From the NCBI GenBank assembly GCA_965223265.1, contig OZ244999.1:2112001-2176000 (forward strand): a DNA stretch of 64,000 bases. Reading direction: 5' to 3'. Origin of the DNA: Planctomycetota bacterium (GTDB lineage: Bacteria; Planctomycetota; UBA8108; SXIK01). Every line of letters begins with the position of its first letter. Within the stretch, counting starts at the first letter, position 1. This document shows, piece after piece, positions 27,038 to 37,424 of this stretch. Both the position numbers and the translations under genes were made by a program. The notes under the pieces are model-generated. The model did no database searches, had not been told where the DNA came from, and was given only the letters and a program-made list of their open reading frames with translations.

Positions 27038-29425
27038 CTATCGACGGGAGTATCGAAGCCAACCATCGATTTCGAGTGGCAATGCGTGGGACGTCGCCAA
27101 GACGCGGATGCGGCGACGCTGACAAACCCTGCGAAACTCGGAGCTGACTTCGATCGGACCGTCGAGCAGCACAATTGCGTCTGGTGTCATGCGGTCAAGA
27201 AGGAGAACGTGACTGTCTTTTGAGCAGAAATCTGGGAGCGCGAGGAGGACCGACGTCGCGGCGAACTCGGAGCGCGCGAGTTGTGCGGCAAGCCCTTTGG
27301 AAATTGCACCGTCGAGGTAAACGATTCCGAGCGATTCGAACGAGAGTAGGATCGTCGACTCCTGACGAGAGAGGCTTCTTTCCCGTGGCAGATGGGCGAC
27401 CACCAGCGGGGAAGACTCGTCGCTGTGTCGCCAGGAGACGCCACGACGGATCGACTGTACGGACACCCCGCGCCGCCGGAGTTGCTCGACGCTGCGCCTG
27501 TGCGTCCGTGTGGGACGCGCCGGGACCCATACCGCGTCGATCGCGACGACTCTCGACAACTGGGCGATGTTGCTCGCCGCGGTGGCGTTGAGTCGACGCA
27601 GCACGATTGCATCGAGTCGAGTCCTGCCGCTGCGAGCCATTTGCTGCGCGGGCTGGCTGACGTCGAACTGAACTTGGTTCAGCGTCCCATTGTCCAGTAG
27701 CAGCGTGAGGTCGGGCGTCGCCAGGAGTGTCGCGCTCGCCTGACCGCGCTGTATGGTGTCGAGGTTGACGTGAGGCGGTCTTCCGATCCACCCGCTGACT
27801 CCTAGACCCGCGGCGAAGATCGCGGCGGCGGCCAAAGCGAAGCGCGGCCGAGTGCAGAAGCTCAGCGCCAGGCAGAGGTAGAAGGCGGACACGACCGTGG
27901 CTCGCGGCGGCGGTAGGAAGAGAGTGCTTCCCGGCACCTCGCGTGCGAGGGTCAGAGCGTCGACGAGCGTTGCCACGAGGAATTCGACAAGGTCCGCCAC
28001 GGGCGCGGCGAGCGACGGATGGACCGCTCCGAGGAGCAGCCCAGCGAGACTAGCGGCGAGTGTGATGACGGTGAACGGGTATGCGAGGATGTTCCACAGC
28101 GGAGCGAGCGGATGCAGGCGCTGGAAATGGTGCAACAGAAGCGGCGCTGTTCCGAGGAGCGCCGCTATCGACACCGCGGCGAGACTCCAGAGCGCGCGGT
28201 GCGCTGCCACGACCGTCGCGACGGGCCAAGCGGCAGCGGCAGCACGCCGGTGCTGGGCGCGGCGGCGCGAGCCATCGGCGCGGAGAACTCGCGCTGGCGT
28301 GACATCACGAAGGCGGCGTCCCCAGGTGACGATCGTGAGCGCGGCTGCGAAGGAGAGCTGGAAGCCGACGTCGAATAGCAGTAGAGGGTTCCACGCCAGA
28401 AGTGCGACCGCACTCCAGCCGAGCACGTTGAGCGACGACGGGGAACGACCGGCGCTGCGGGCGAGGAGGTCACCAAGAAACAGCAGCGTGGCGCGGAGCA
28501 CCGGCGGTTGACACCCGGTCACCAGAGCGAAAGCGACCAGGAAGGCCGTGCGTCCTGGCGTTTGAAGATGCTTCGGTAGCGGGATCCGGAGCACGACCAA
28601 CATGAGAAAGCCAACATGCAGGCCGCTGATGGCCAGGAAGTGAAAGGTGCCCGTGTCGCGAAGCGCAAGTCGTGAGTCGCGGTGCAGGAGGCGGCGATCA
28701 CCGAGGAGTAGAGAGAGCACGTAGCCGCGCGTCTGGTCGTCGTGGTACACCTCGGCTGTGAGCTGGTAGAGAACTTCGCGCAGAGAACCCAGCAGGCGTG
28801 GCCAGCGAGAGCCGTCTTCGGGGCCGACCTCGACGTTCTCGAGGTGATCGACGCGGATGGTGGCGGTCGCGCGTGCGTGCGTGGTGAGCGAGCGGACGGC
28901 CTTGACGTAGACGCCTCGCACAGTGATGCGGTCGCCGCCCCTGATATCGGCCAGCGGCACACTCGCGACGATACGAATGACTGCGGGGAAGGATGGCGCG
29001 TGGAGGTCGAATGAGCTCGACCAGCGTCCGGGTTGGGCACCATACGTGCGGGTTACGCACGGGCGGATCACCGTTCCGGAGACGGACACCGGTGCACCGT
29101 CTTCCGGCTCGACAAACGCGGCGAGTTTTGCGGAGTTCGCTGCGTAACGCTGCGTCCCAGTGAGAACAAGGAGAGCAAGGACGGTCAAGCGGCGACGTAT
29201 CGTCCAGACGGAAGAGATGCGACGCGGCCGGCGAAATCCTTTAGCGGCCACCGCCCCGATCGCACCGACGGCTAGGACCAGCGCTGCGGGGAGAACACCG
29301 GCACGCACTGCGACTCCGGCACCCAGAGCGGCGGCCGCATAGAGTCCGAATGCCGTCTGCAGGGATGAGGCCCTGTCGACGTGACCGGGGCCGCTGCGGC
29401 CGTCCGAGAAGCTGTTCCCTCCCAC
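27038..29425 (-). CDS. comEC: ComEC/Rec2 family DNA uptake channel
   Basis: OB-like region (GDRITVRG), HFLAISGLHVG, VLRA, GFQLSF; C-terminal beta-lactamase-like region is degenerate; start uncertain. Confidence 0.88.
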   Translation of the reverse strand: MGGNSFSDGRSGPGHVDRASSLQTAFGLYAAAALGAGVAVRAGVLPAALVLAVGAIGAVAAKGFRRPRRISSVWTIRRRLTVLALLVLTGTQRYAANSAKLAAFVEPEDGAPVSVSGTVIRPCVTRTYGAQPGRWSSSFDLHAPSFPAVIRIVASVPLADIRGGDRITVRGVYVKAVRSLTTHARATATIRVDHLENVEVGPEDGSRWPRLLGSLREVLYQLTAEVYHDDQTRGYVLSLLLGDRRLLHRDSRLALRDTGTFHFLAISGLHVGFLMLVVLRIPLPKHLQTPGRTAFLVAFALVTGCQPPVLRATLLFLGDLLARSAGRSPSSLNVLGWSAVALLAWNPLLLFDVGFQLSFAAALTIVTWGRRLRDVTPARVLRADGSRRRAQHRRAAAAAWPVATVVAAHRALWSLAAVSIAALLGTAPLLLHHFQRLHPLAPLWNILAYPFTVITLAASLAGLLLGAVHPSLAAPVADLVEFLVATLVDALTLAREVPGSTLFLPPPRATVVSAFYLCLALSFCTRPRFALAAAAIFAAGLGVSGWIGRPPHVNLDTIQRGQASATLLATPDLTLLLDNGTLNQVQFDVSQPAQQMARSGRTRLDAIVLRRLNATAASNIAQLSRVVAIDAVWVPARPTRTHRRSVEQLRRRGVSVQSIRRGVSWRHSDESSPLVVAHLPRERSLSRQESTILLSFESLGIVYLDGAISKGLAAQLARSEFAATSVLLALPDFCSKDSHVLLLDRMTPDAIVLLDGPIEVSSEFRRVCQRRRIRVLATSHALPLEIDGWLRYSRR

Positions 29426-29689
29426 GATCGTGCCCTCGAAGTCATAACTTGCCGGGAGCTGCCGTTGTCAGCGATCTGCCGCTGCTTCTCTGCTGCGGCA
29501 TCGATGCAGCCTTTTGGCGTCGCGATGCGTCACCGACCCTTGGCGACTGTCCGCGCCCTGGCCGTTCTTTAAAGATATAAATGTCCTAAAGGAAAAGTCA
29601 AATGTTTCGAATAACCGCTCCCGGACGGTCGTCTCAGAGGGCAAACGGGCGTCAAATTCCCAACTCGACCGCCAACAGGAGGACCCTTC

Positions 29690-30091
29690 ATGAAAGCGAA
29701 AACGACCATTGTTGCTGCGCTGTTGGCCTTGGGGCTTTGTGGCGCGTCCCAGACGGCATACGCCGGCGACTGGGGATTCGGTTTCGGTTTCGGATCGCAC
29801 GGCGGCCATTTCCGCGTTGGCTACCGCGATCACGGCCACCGCCACCACTACCGACGTAGCCACCGCCGTTATCACCGTCGCCATCATCACCGTCGACACC
29901 ACCACCACCACGTCCACTCGCGGTACCCGGTCTACCATAAGGTGTGGGTCGCCCCGGTCTACCGTACGATTGTCGTCGGCTACGACCGCTGCGGCGCGCC
30001 GATCTACGACCGTGTCGTGACTCGCGAGGGGTACTACCGCCGGACGATCTCGCACTACTCATGTCGCAGCTGTGGTGTGCGGCTGCACTGA
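29690..30091 (+). CDS. Small secreted His/Arg-rich protein with C-terminal CxxC
   Basis: AGGAGG RBS; signal peptide ending AYA; GFGFGF; His/Arg tract; VWVAPVYRT..EGYY; CRSC; own terminator. Confidence 0.85.
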   Translation: MKAKTTIVAALLALGLCGASQTAYAGDWGFGFGFGSHGGHFRVGYRDHGHRHHYRRSHRRYHRRHHHRRHHHHHVHSRYPVYHKVWVAPVYRTIVVGYDRCGAPIYDRVVTREGYYRRTISHYSCRSCGVRLH

Positions 30092-30123
30092 AGCCGCAGA
30101 CTCCCGCCGCGCCGTTCACGGCC

Positions 30124-30173
30124 AAAAGAAAACCGGAGCCAGGTCCTGTGACCGGGCTCCGGTTTTCTTTTTT
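30124..30173 (+). terminator. Intrinsic terminator (A-tract, stem, T-tract; possibly bidirectional)
   Basis: AAAAGAAAACCGGAGCC ... GGCTCCGGTTTTCTTTTTT. Confidence 0.88.
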
Positions 30174-30434
30174 CGAGCGCCGTCACGACCTCGCGTTGAC
30201 GTGCTACAGCGTCGCCGCCGGCTGTCTCGAGTCGACCGCAGACGCTCGCACCTCGCACGGCCCTGTTCCGGAGGCTTCTCGCTTGCTTCGTCTGGGTCGG
30301 CGTGGGTACAACTCGTAGATGAGTCGACGAGATGAGCTGCGCTCGACCCGGCTTCCTTCGGGCCGTAGCAACACATCAACCGCAGGAGACAGCGGCAAGG
30401 ATCGAGGCGCGAGGTGAAGCAGAGAGCCAGGGGT

Positions 30435-31391
30435 ATGACGAAAGTTGCGGTCGGGTGGGTGGTGGCATTGGCCGTCTTCCAAGCGTCGACGTTGTCGCTG
30501 ACTGGCTGCTCGACAGCCCGCCGCGGACCGCGTGAGAAGGAAGTCGCCAACTATACGGTCACCGTTGACGATCCCTCTCAAAAGGATCCGGCGGCGACAT
30601 GGGTCGAGTACGTCGACGAGCGAATCTTTGGATCGCCGTCGCCGGCCGCTGGCAGCGCGGGCGCGACCGCGGGAGAAGGAGCCCAACCAGCATCCTCCGC
30701 GGACGAAGCGGCGCAGAAGGCGGAGTCTGCCCCGACACTCTTCCGACAGGGAAGGCAGGCCGCCGCCTCAGCCCGCTACGCGGAAGCGCTGCGTCTGTTT
30801 GCGCGTGGAGCCGCAGTCGCGTCGCCCGAGCAGCGCTGGATTTTCGAGCGCGCCTCCGCCGACCTCGAGCTGGGAATGTGGTTCTGCGTTGCCGCGAGAG
30901 CTCGCTACCAACACCTTCTTCGCACGCTGCCGCGGTCGCTACACCTCGCCTTACGCTGCAATCTCGCGGTCGCCCACCTCCGACTCGAAGAGTGGGACGA
31001 GGCGGAGCGAGAGATCGACGCGGCTCTATCCATCGACGCCGATTTTCCTGAGGCGATCAAGACTAAGGGGTTGATCGCGATCGGCCGCGGTGACGTGGCG
31101 AGCGGTGAACGTCTCCTTCGCGAAGCGGTCTCGGCGAAGCGGGAGATTCCCGAGGCGCAGATCGCACTGGCAGAAATCGACGCGGCGGCGGGCGACGTCG
31201 CATCCGCCGCGGCGCGGTACCGATACGTGCTCCAGCGGTATCGCGAACATGAGGCCACCGATGTCAGCGGGCGATGGCACTTCCTTTTTGGGCCGAAAAA
31301 ATCGACGATACGTGAACTTAAGGAGCGCATCGCCCGACTCATCGAAGAGGCGGAGCGTTCGGCGCCCGCCCAGCGTGGCGAGAATCCGTGA
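30435..31391 (+). CDS. TPR-repeat lipoprotein
   Basis: Lipobox LTGC; TPR-like helices (NLAVAHLRLEEWDEAE..AL..D, GDVASAAARY). Confidence 0.8.
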   Translation: MTKVAVGWVVALAVFQASTLSLTGCSTARRGPREKEVANYTVTVDDPSQKDPAATWVEYVDERIFGSPSPAAGSAGATAGEGAQPASSADEAAQKAESAPTLFRQGRQAAASARYAEALRLFARGAAVASPEQRWIFERASADLELGMWFCVAARARYQHLLRTLPRSLHLALRCNLAVAHLRLEEWDEAEREIDAALSIDADFPEAIKTKGLIAIGRGDVASGERLLREAVSAKREIPEAQIALAEIDAAAGDVASAAARYRYVLQRYREHEATDVSGRWHFLFGPKKSTIRELKERIARLIEEAERSAPAQRGENP

Positions 31392-31469
31392 AACACACGC
31401 CGCTCAGCGGCGTCTCATCAGCGAGACGTCGGTAACAGACGACTCAAAACCTAAACGAGAACGCAAAAG

Positions 31470-32180
31470 ATGAGCAACCCGCAAGAGCACGTCGTCATTC
31501 GTTCGTGGCCGAAAGTGATCTTTCTCTACCCGGTCATGTTGGCGAGTTTCGTCTGCGGTATTTGGCAGAGTCTTGTCGACGACGGCATCGGTAGCGATGC
31601 GGCAGCGACGTGCGGCGCACTTTTCGTCGTCGTACTCTGCGTGAACGTTCTCGTCATTTCGTTCGAATTCTCGCGCTTCAAAACCATCGCGATCGTCGGG
31701 TTCATTGTTGCGGGGTTCTTTCTCCTCCTCTATCTGAACACACGGTGGGAGGTGTTCCCGTTTCTGCGCGACATCTTTCACAACTTCGATCTGCGTGCGA
31801 CGGAGTGGTTCTACTTTACTGTTGGCGGTTATCTGGCGATCGTCTTCGGATTCGTCTTCCTCACGACACGCTTTGACTATTGGGTGATTAAGTCGAACGA
31901 GATCCTACACAAGGAAGGTTTCCTCGGGGACGTGCGCCGTTTTCCGTCGCCGAACCTAAAGATGACCAAGGAGATCCGTGACGTCTTCGAGTTCATTCTC
32001 TCGGGAGCAGGGCGGATCGTGCTCTATCCTGCGAGCGAAAAACAGGCGATCGTCCTCGACCACGTCCTCTGGGTGAACTCGAAGGAAAAGAAGATCCAGG
32101 ATCTGCTCTCAGCACTCTCCGTCGAAATCTCGGGTCACGAACACGACGACGAAGGTGTCGGCATTGGCATCGGCGACTGA
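31470..32180 (+). CDS. Hypothetical membrane protein (4 TM + soluble C-terminal domain)
   Basis: 236-aa ORF with four hydrophobic segments followed by a beta-rich domain. Confidence 0.8.
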   Translation: MSNPQEHVVIRSWPKVIFLYPVMLASFVCGIWQSLVDDGIGSDAAATCGALFVVVLCVNVLVISFEFSRFKTIAIVGFIVAGFFLLLYLNTRWEVFPFLRDIFHNFDLRATEWFYFTVGGYLAIVFGFVFLTTRFDYWVIKSNEILHKEGFLGDVRRFPSPNLKMTKEIRDVFEFILSGAGRIVLYPASEKQAIVLDHVLWVNSKEKKIQDLLSALSVEISGHEHDDEGVGIGIGD

Positions 32181-32361
32181 CACTCCGGCAGGAGCATCTG
32201 CGAGAACGGCGAAGAGTGCTCCGAGCGAGAGTGGTTCAGTCAGTGACTCGAAGAGTGGCCTCGATGCCCGTATAGAGGAGGCGACACGTGGTTGAGCACG
32301 CGCGCTCTGAACACGTGCCGCCGTCTGCCTGAGCTGCCGCTGCGCGGTTGGGCTGCAGCGA

Positions 32362-33840
32362 TCAACTCTCGTCGGCGGCGCGGAGCATGACGCTCTTTGC
32401 GAAATTGACGTCGATGAGCGTGGGGTCTTCCATGAACCAGACGAGGCTACCGGAGCGGTCGATGATCACGAAGCTGGCGCTGCCGACCGTCACTTTGAAG
32501 TCACCAAAGAGCTTCTGGTCTTCGGCGTCCGGGTCGAATCCGGCAGCCCCGAGATAGCCGATGTCGTTGATCTCTTGCACGAGGAGCTGTTCACGCTGCT
32601 GACGATCTTGTCCCTGGCGGAGAAAGTGGGCGGCGACCATCTGCAGGTCGTCCCTACCGGCGCAGACGAGTGACATGCGCGCCATGAACTCCTGCGAGCG
32701 ACGTTCGCCGGCGTTGCGAAAGAGAATGCCGGTGACCTTGCCAAGGGATTCGCTCAGCTGTACCCGCTGCGTTGTCACCCACTGCAGGTCCAGCTCGCGG
32801 GGTGCCTGACGCTCGGCCAGCTCGTTGAGGAAATCCAAAGTCGCCTGCGATCGCCCGCGGTAAACGGAGTATTCGGGCTTGAGCTGTTGTCCTTGAGTCG
32901 CGAGTTCTTTTTCCCAGGCGTCAAGTTTGGCGATGTGGTCGGTGAACGCTTGGCGCGCCGTGCTGAAGTCGCCTGCGGCCATGCGGCCGTATCCATACCA
33001 GAAGCCGTAGTAGTGCATTAAGCGTTCGCAAGTCTGTTTGACGCGCGTCGTCGCTCCGGGGCTTGATCCCTTCAGTGGAAGTGTGATTTGTCCGATTCTG
33101 ACGGCTCGCTCGAAGCCCGCGATGTCACCTTTCCCGACGTTTAACTTGCGAAGCGTCTCGACATAAAAAGGGTAACTCTCGCTCTCGTAGTACTCTTTGA
33201 GAGCCTCCTCCAAGACCTCCGTGCCCGTCTCGTAGTCTTCGCCATCGAGGTGGTTGCGAGCTGCGGCCTGAGCGATTCGATGCGCCTCTGAGTCGTCGCC
33301 ATACTTGGTCAGAAACTCTCGGTAGGCGTTGTCAGCCTCCCGGTGTTTTCCTCCTTCGTGAAGGCTCAAGCCGAGAAGCTCGAGCCCGCGAGCGCGATAC
33401 TCGTGATTTTCAGGAAGTCGCTCGAGTGCTCGGCGCGCGAGAGTCTGCACCTGCGTGAAGTAGTCCGACATCCTCCGGTCTAACTCGGCACGTAGATCGG
33501 TTACACCGGTGCGGCGAAGTTCGTCGTAGACGCTGTGGCGAAATCGCTGTGACAGGATGTAGAGCGCTTTGGCATAGATGAACTCGATTTGTCCGGTCTC
33601 TTCTGGGCCGGCACCGGTAGCACATTCCTTGAGAAACTCGTGGCACTGTTGCACGGCTTCTTGAGACTTCCTCGCCAACTCATCGGCACTCTTTCCCGGC
33701 GCGAAGGTCTTCGGCAGGCTCTTGTAGAAGCGAGAGATCTCATCGCGCCGGTTCTTGCAAGCGGCGTCAGACTCCTCGAGCGCGAAGAGCGTCGACGCGC
33801 CCACGATCCACACGGAGACGAGAGCGACGGTGGTTTTCAT
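32362..33840 (-). CDS. Exported TPR protein with C-terminal thioredoxin-like domain lacking CxxC
   Basis: Signal MKTTVALVSVWIVGASTLFA with GGAG upstream; helical repeats; QLSESLGKVTGILF ... FVIIDRSGSLVW resembles the TlpA/redoxin fold. Confidence 0.7.
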   Translation of the reverse strand: MKTTVALVSVWIVGASTLFALEESDAACKNRRDEISRFYKSLPKTFAPGKSADELARKSQEAVQQCHEFLKECATGAGPEETGQIEFIYAKALYILSQRFRHSVYDELRRTGVTDLRAELDRRMSDYFTQVQTLARRALERLPENHEYRARGLELLGLSLHEGGKHREADNAYREFLTKYGDDSEAHRIAQAAARNHLDGEDYETGTEVLEEALKEYYESESYPFYVETLRKLNVGKGDIAGFERAVRIGQITLPLKGSSPGATTRVKQTCERLMHYYGFWYGYGRMAAGDFSTARQAFTDHIAKLDAWEKELATQGQQLKPEYSVYRGRSQATLDFLNELAERQAPRELDLQWVTTQRVQLSESLGKVTGILFRNAGERRSQEFMARMSLVCAGRDDLQMVAAHFLRQGQDRQQREQLLVQEINDIGYLGAAGFDPDAEDQKLFGDFKVTVGSASFVIIDRSGSLVWFMEDPTLIDVNFAKSVMLRAADES

Positions 33841-33976
33841 GATTTTTCTTTCTCCTTGGAGGGGGCGCCCGTCCACGGAAGTCGTTGCGGCGCTGGGACG
33901 CCGTCCACGGCCTGGACGGTCTCTACGACCGTCGGAGTGCGGCGCGTACCTCCGCACACCTCATTCTTCCTCTGCG

Positions 33977-34142
33977 AGAGCGGTCGAAGAGGCGTTTGGA
34001 ACGGAGAGCCAGTCTTGTCGCGTCCTCAGTCCACTTCAAACGAGGGCAATCCCCGAGCCTTTGTCTACAAGACGTTACGGCGAGTGCCGCCGCTGAACTG
34101 GGCGTGAAGAGGCCAAGTGACTCGGCCGACTCTTTTCAGATT
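33977..34142 (+). repeat. Decayed copy of the 159-bp MITE
   Basis: Collinear matches TCGCGTCC, AACG..GG.AATC.CCGAG, GCTGA.CTGGGCGTGAAGAGGCC, CTC.GCCGA, TTTTCA; many transitions and an internal insertion; ends approximate. Confidence 0.7.
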
Positions 34143-34370
34143 GAGAGCGTTCTTGGTCGTGGCGGATTTCTCGATGGGTTTTCCCTGGAGAGACAGCAAA
34201 CATCTTGCCGAACCGCAGGGGGCGACGCTCCTAAAGTACCGCGTCGGCGGCGAATTCGTAAGGATCCCGTCGAAACACCTTTCGCCGACGTGTGCTTGAC
34301 ATGGAGCGGTCGGGTCGTACCATGCGCTCGGACGTTTCCGCCAGCGGTCGTCGTAGAAGTGAAGAGGCGT

Positions 34371-37300
34371 ATGGTAGGTCCGCGGTTATCCCGGCCGCTC
34401 ACTCTTTTGTTTTGCTTTCTTGCCGCTGCGGTCTGGGCGCTTCCCGGTGCGCTCGCTGCTGAGGCGACGTCGGGGACGGGAGCGACTCCTGAGGCGCCTC
34501 CTCAAGCGGGATTCGGTGAGAACTCGTCAGCGACGCCTGCCGCCGATCGAGATGCAGCGGAGGCTGAGCTCGAACGCGAGCTCAGACGTGCGGCGGACGA
34601 CTTTAGTTTTGAGGACGTGCCGCAAGGAGCCGCCGACACCTCGGAGTGGTCCGACTCCACCTTCACGATGGTGGTTGTCGGTGGGGTGACCTGGCACTAC
34701 CACCTCGCAGGCGAGCGGGTCCGCATGATGGCGGACCTGTGTCGAATATCGGTCGAACTGACGGATGAGCTCACGCTTGAGGAGCTCCGAGATCGGAGAT
34801 CGCACTCCGAAGAGCGAGCCGAGGGCCGTGCCGATGCCGGCATCGACGCCCACGGTGCCCTTCCGAGCGACAGTGTCGTGCCAAGCGACGGCAGCGTTTC
34901 GAGCGGGGCAGAGGCGACGGCGTCAAACGACGGTGAAGGCGGGGCCCGCGGTCGCGATGCCGACGGCGGCGATGAGAGCGGCAAGAACAAGATCGACTTG
35001 AAGCGGTTTCGAAAATTCGCGGTTTACCTCGAAGGGCACGTGCGTTTTGAAGTCCTCGACCGCGATCTACACCTCGAAGCCGATTCGATGTATTTCGAGC
35101 ACCCGTCCGGAGTCGGTATCGCTCGCGGCGCGCGGCTCTCGGCGACGGTGGAACGTGCCGTAGAGATTCAGTCCTTGATTCAGTCGAAACGGATGACGCC
35201 CGACAGCTCGGCTGCTGGGTCGCCGTTCGGAGCGTCGCCGTCGAATCCGTTCTATGATTCACCGCTGGTCATTCGCGCGGCGAAGCTGCGCATGTACGGC
35301 CTGCGATACTTCATCGGCGACGAGGTGGAGGTGTCGAACTCGCACTACGCTGTGCCGCCGGTGGCGCTGCGGTCGCGATCGGTGGAGGTCTATCCTGTCG
35401 ACTCCACGGCAGCCGAACGGGAGCGCTTGAGACAATTGGCGGCAGGCAACGCCGAGGACGTCGATCCGACGTCTCCGAGCGCGCATGCCACTGCGGGGGT
35501 TTCGGCGTCGCGCGACGTCGCAAGCGATCGCCGTGCTCAGAGCGTCGGCGCCGGAGAACAGCCTGAGGCAGATTCCGGGCAGCGAGGTGAAGCAGTTGAC
35601 CCGAAGACCGACCTTGAGGAAGGTGCTACGGAGTCTGCCGATGAGGAGGCAGAGCGCGTGACTCACTTCATCATCGATCCCGAATCGACCTGGATCACGG
35701 TGCTCGATCGACCTCTCGTGCCGCTGCCGCTGAGCTACTGGGACACGCGGTGGCATGACTACCTGCCGATTCGCGAGGCCCAGCTCGGCTCTTCCTCTGA
35801 GCTGGGAGCCTTCGGCGAGATCAACTGGAACCTCAATTATTTCCTGCGCCTCCTGCCGTACGGCGATTCGGAGCCGGCGAAGGCTTTAGATCGTGACGCC
35901 CGATTGGGCTTCTCGACTCTCTACTCCGACCGCCGTGGCTTCGGCTACGGCCCGAACGCGGTTTACGGGCAAAGCCCCAGAAGCTGGGCCCCATGGCAAA
36001 CGCAGCTCGATGCTTGGACGCTCTACGGCGAGGGAAGATACTTCACGATCGACGATCGAGGCGACGAGGATCGCACCACGCGCATGCCGATTCCACGCGA
36101 TGACCGCTTTTGGGGAACGATTGCGCACAGGCAAGCCGTGCCGCACCTCGGTCTCTTCGACTTTGAGTACTCGGATCTCTCGGACCGTGCCTTTCTCGGG
36201 GAGTATTACGAGGACATCGCCAAGCAGGAGAAGGAGCAAGAGACGCTCGTTTACTGGCGGCGGAACTTCCGCGACAACTTGGCGCTCACCGGCTTGGCCC
36301 AGTTCCGCACGGATAACTTCGTGACGCAAACCGAGCGTTTGCCGGAGGCGAAGGCGTTCGTTCTCCAGCAGCCGGTGTTTGGCTCAGGACTCTACACGGA
36401 CTTGACGGCCCAGGCGGCGCGGCTGCGACCGCGTCCGGACGACGCGCTGGGGCTGCCGAGCCGTGGCTTTGAGCGCTACGACTTGTTCAATTCCTGGGCC
36501 TACCCCCTTCACCTCCCATTCCTAGATTTGCGACCGTTTTCGCTCCTGCGCTACTCGTACTACGACGAGCTGGCTGACCCCGCGGCTGGTTCAGAAGATC
36601 GGGGCACGGTTGGTGGCGGCATCACGCTGAGCCAGGAGTGGCGTCGGGTCTTCGATTTCGAGCACCGTTCGCTGATGGATCGCCTCTTCGACGTGCGGAA
36701 GATGAAGCACGTCATCGTGCCGAGCGTCACGTATCTCAATGTCGCCTCGAATGATCTCGATCCAGCTCGGACGATCCCGGTCGATGATGTGGACACGGTC
36801 GACCTGCGTGAGTCCGTGTCCTTGTCGCTGCGCAACGAATTGCTTCTGCGGCGTCGCCTACCCGGACGGTCACGCCAAGTCCGACCACTCCTTGGCGACC
36901 GCGACGCCCTGCTGACGGCCGCCGACTTCGAGACGTTTCGTCTGTTCGAGAGCGATGTGAGCTTGGTGGTCTTCCCACGTCCACAGCGCGACAACGCCGG
37001 CGACGAATTCTCACGACTGCGGCTAGACAACGCGTTCCACGTCCGTCGCCTGTCGCTCCGACTTTGGTCGGAACTCAATCCCAACCGTGATTTCAGGATG
37101 GAACGGCTGGATTTGTCGACGACTCTGCGCGTCGTTCCGGAACGCCTTTTGTTCACGGTGGGGGACCGTTTGACGCGTAGTTTGTCGAACATCCTGTACG
37201 TCGACGTGAGGGCGTGGCTCTCCGAAAAGTGGGCCTTTTCGACCTACTGGTCGCACGACACTGACCGCGGCCGAGGCATCGAGGTGAGCTTTGCTGCGAC

Positions 37301-37424
37301 GCGGATGTTTCACCGCTTTGCTGTGACGTTTGAGTTCGTCGAGGACGTAGGCGAGGACCGCAACCGCTCCTTCTTTGTCAACGTATCGCCGCTCGAGCTT
37401 TTCCGTGCCAGGCACGTTCGATGA
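34371..37424 (+). CDS. lptD: LptD-like outer-membrane LPS assembly beta-barrel protein
   Basis: Signal peptide; beta-jellyroll-like N-terminal part (VYLEGHV, LEADSMYF); aromatic-rich amphipathic strands with SDLSDRAFLGEYY and QTERLPE; ATG 34371 chosen as start. Confidence 0.7.
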   Translation: MVGPRLSRPLTLLFCFLAAAVWALPGALAAEATSGTGATPEAPPQAGFGENSSATPAADRDAAEAELERELRRAADDFSFEDVPQGAADTSEWSDSTFTMVVVGGVTWHYHLAGERVRMMADLCRISVELTDELTLEELRDRRSHSEERAEGRADAGIDAHGALPSDSVVPSDGSVSSGAEATASNDGEGGARGRDADGGDESGKNKIDLKRFRKFAVYLEGHVRFEVLDRDLHLEADSMYFEHPSGVGIARGARLSATVERAVEIQSLIQSKRMTPDSSAAGSPFGASPSNPFYDSPLVIRAAKLRMYGLRYFIGDEVEVSNSHYAVPPVALRSRSVEVYPVDSTAAERERLRQLAAGNAEDVDPTSPSAHATAGVSASRDVASDRRAQSVGAGEQPEADSGQRGEAVDPKTDLEEGATESADEEAERVTHFIIDPESTWITVLDRPLVPLPLSYWDTRWHDYLPIREAQLGSSSELGAFGEINWNLNYFLRLLPYGDSEPAKALDRDARLGFSTLYSDRRGFGYGPNAVYGQSPRSWAPWQTQLDAWTLYGEGRYFTIDDRGDEDRTTRMPIPRDDRFWGTIAHRQAVPHLGLFDFEYSDLSDRAFLGEYYEDIAKQEKEQETLVYWRRNFRDNLALTGLAQFRTDNFVTQTERLPEAKAFVLQQPVFGSGLYTDLTAQAARLRPRPDDALGLPSRGFERYDLFNSWAYPLHLPFLDLRPFSLLRYSYYDELADPAAGSEDRGTVGGGITLSQEWRRVFDFEHRSLMDRLFDVRKMKHVIVPSVTYLNVASNDLDPARTIPVDDVDTVDLRESVSLSLRNELLLRRRLPGRSRQVRPLLGDRDALLTAADFETFRLFESDVSLVVFPRPQRDNAGDEFSRLRLDNAFHVRRLSLRLWSELNPNRDFRMERLDLSTTLRVVPERLLFTVGDRLTRSLSNILYVDVRAWLSEKWAFSTYWSHDTDRGRGIEVSFAATRMFHRFAVTFEFVEDVGEDRNRSFFVNVSPLELFRARHVR

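Noticed and set aside
33885-34370. N-terminal 162 codons of the 1179-aa ORF
   Set aside because: Overlaps the divergent promoter region and a decayed MITE; a proper signal peptide begins at ATG 34371
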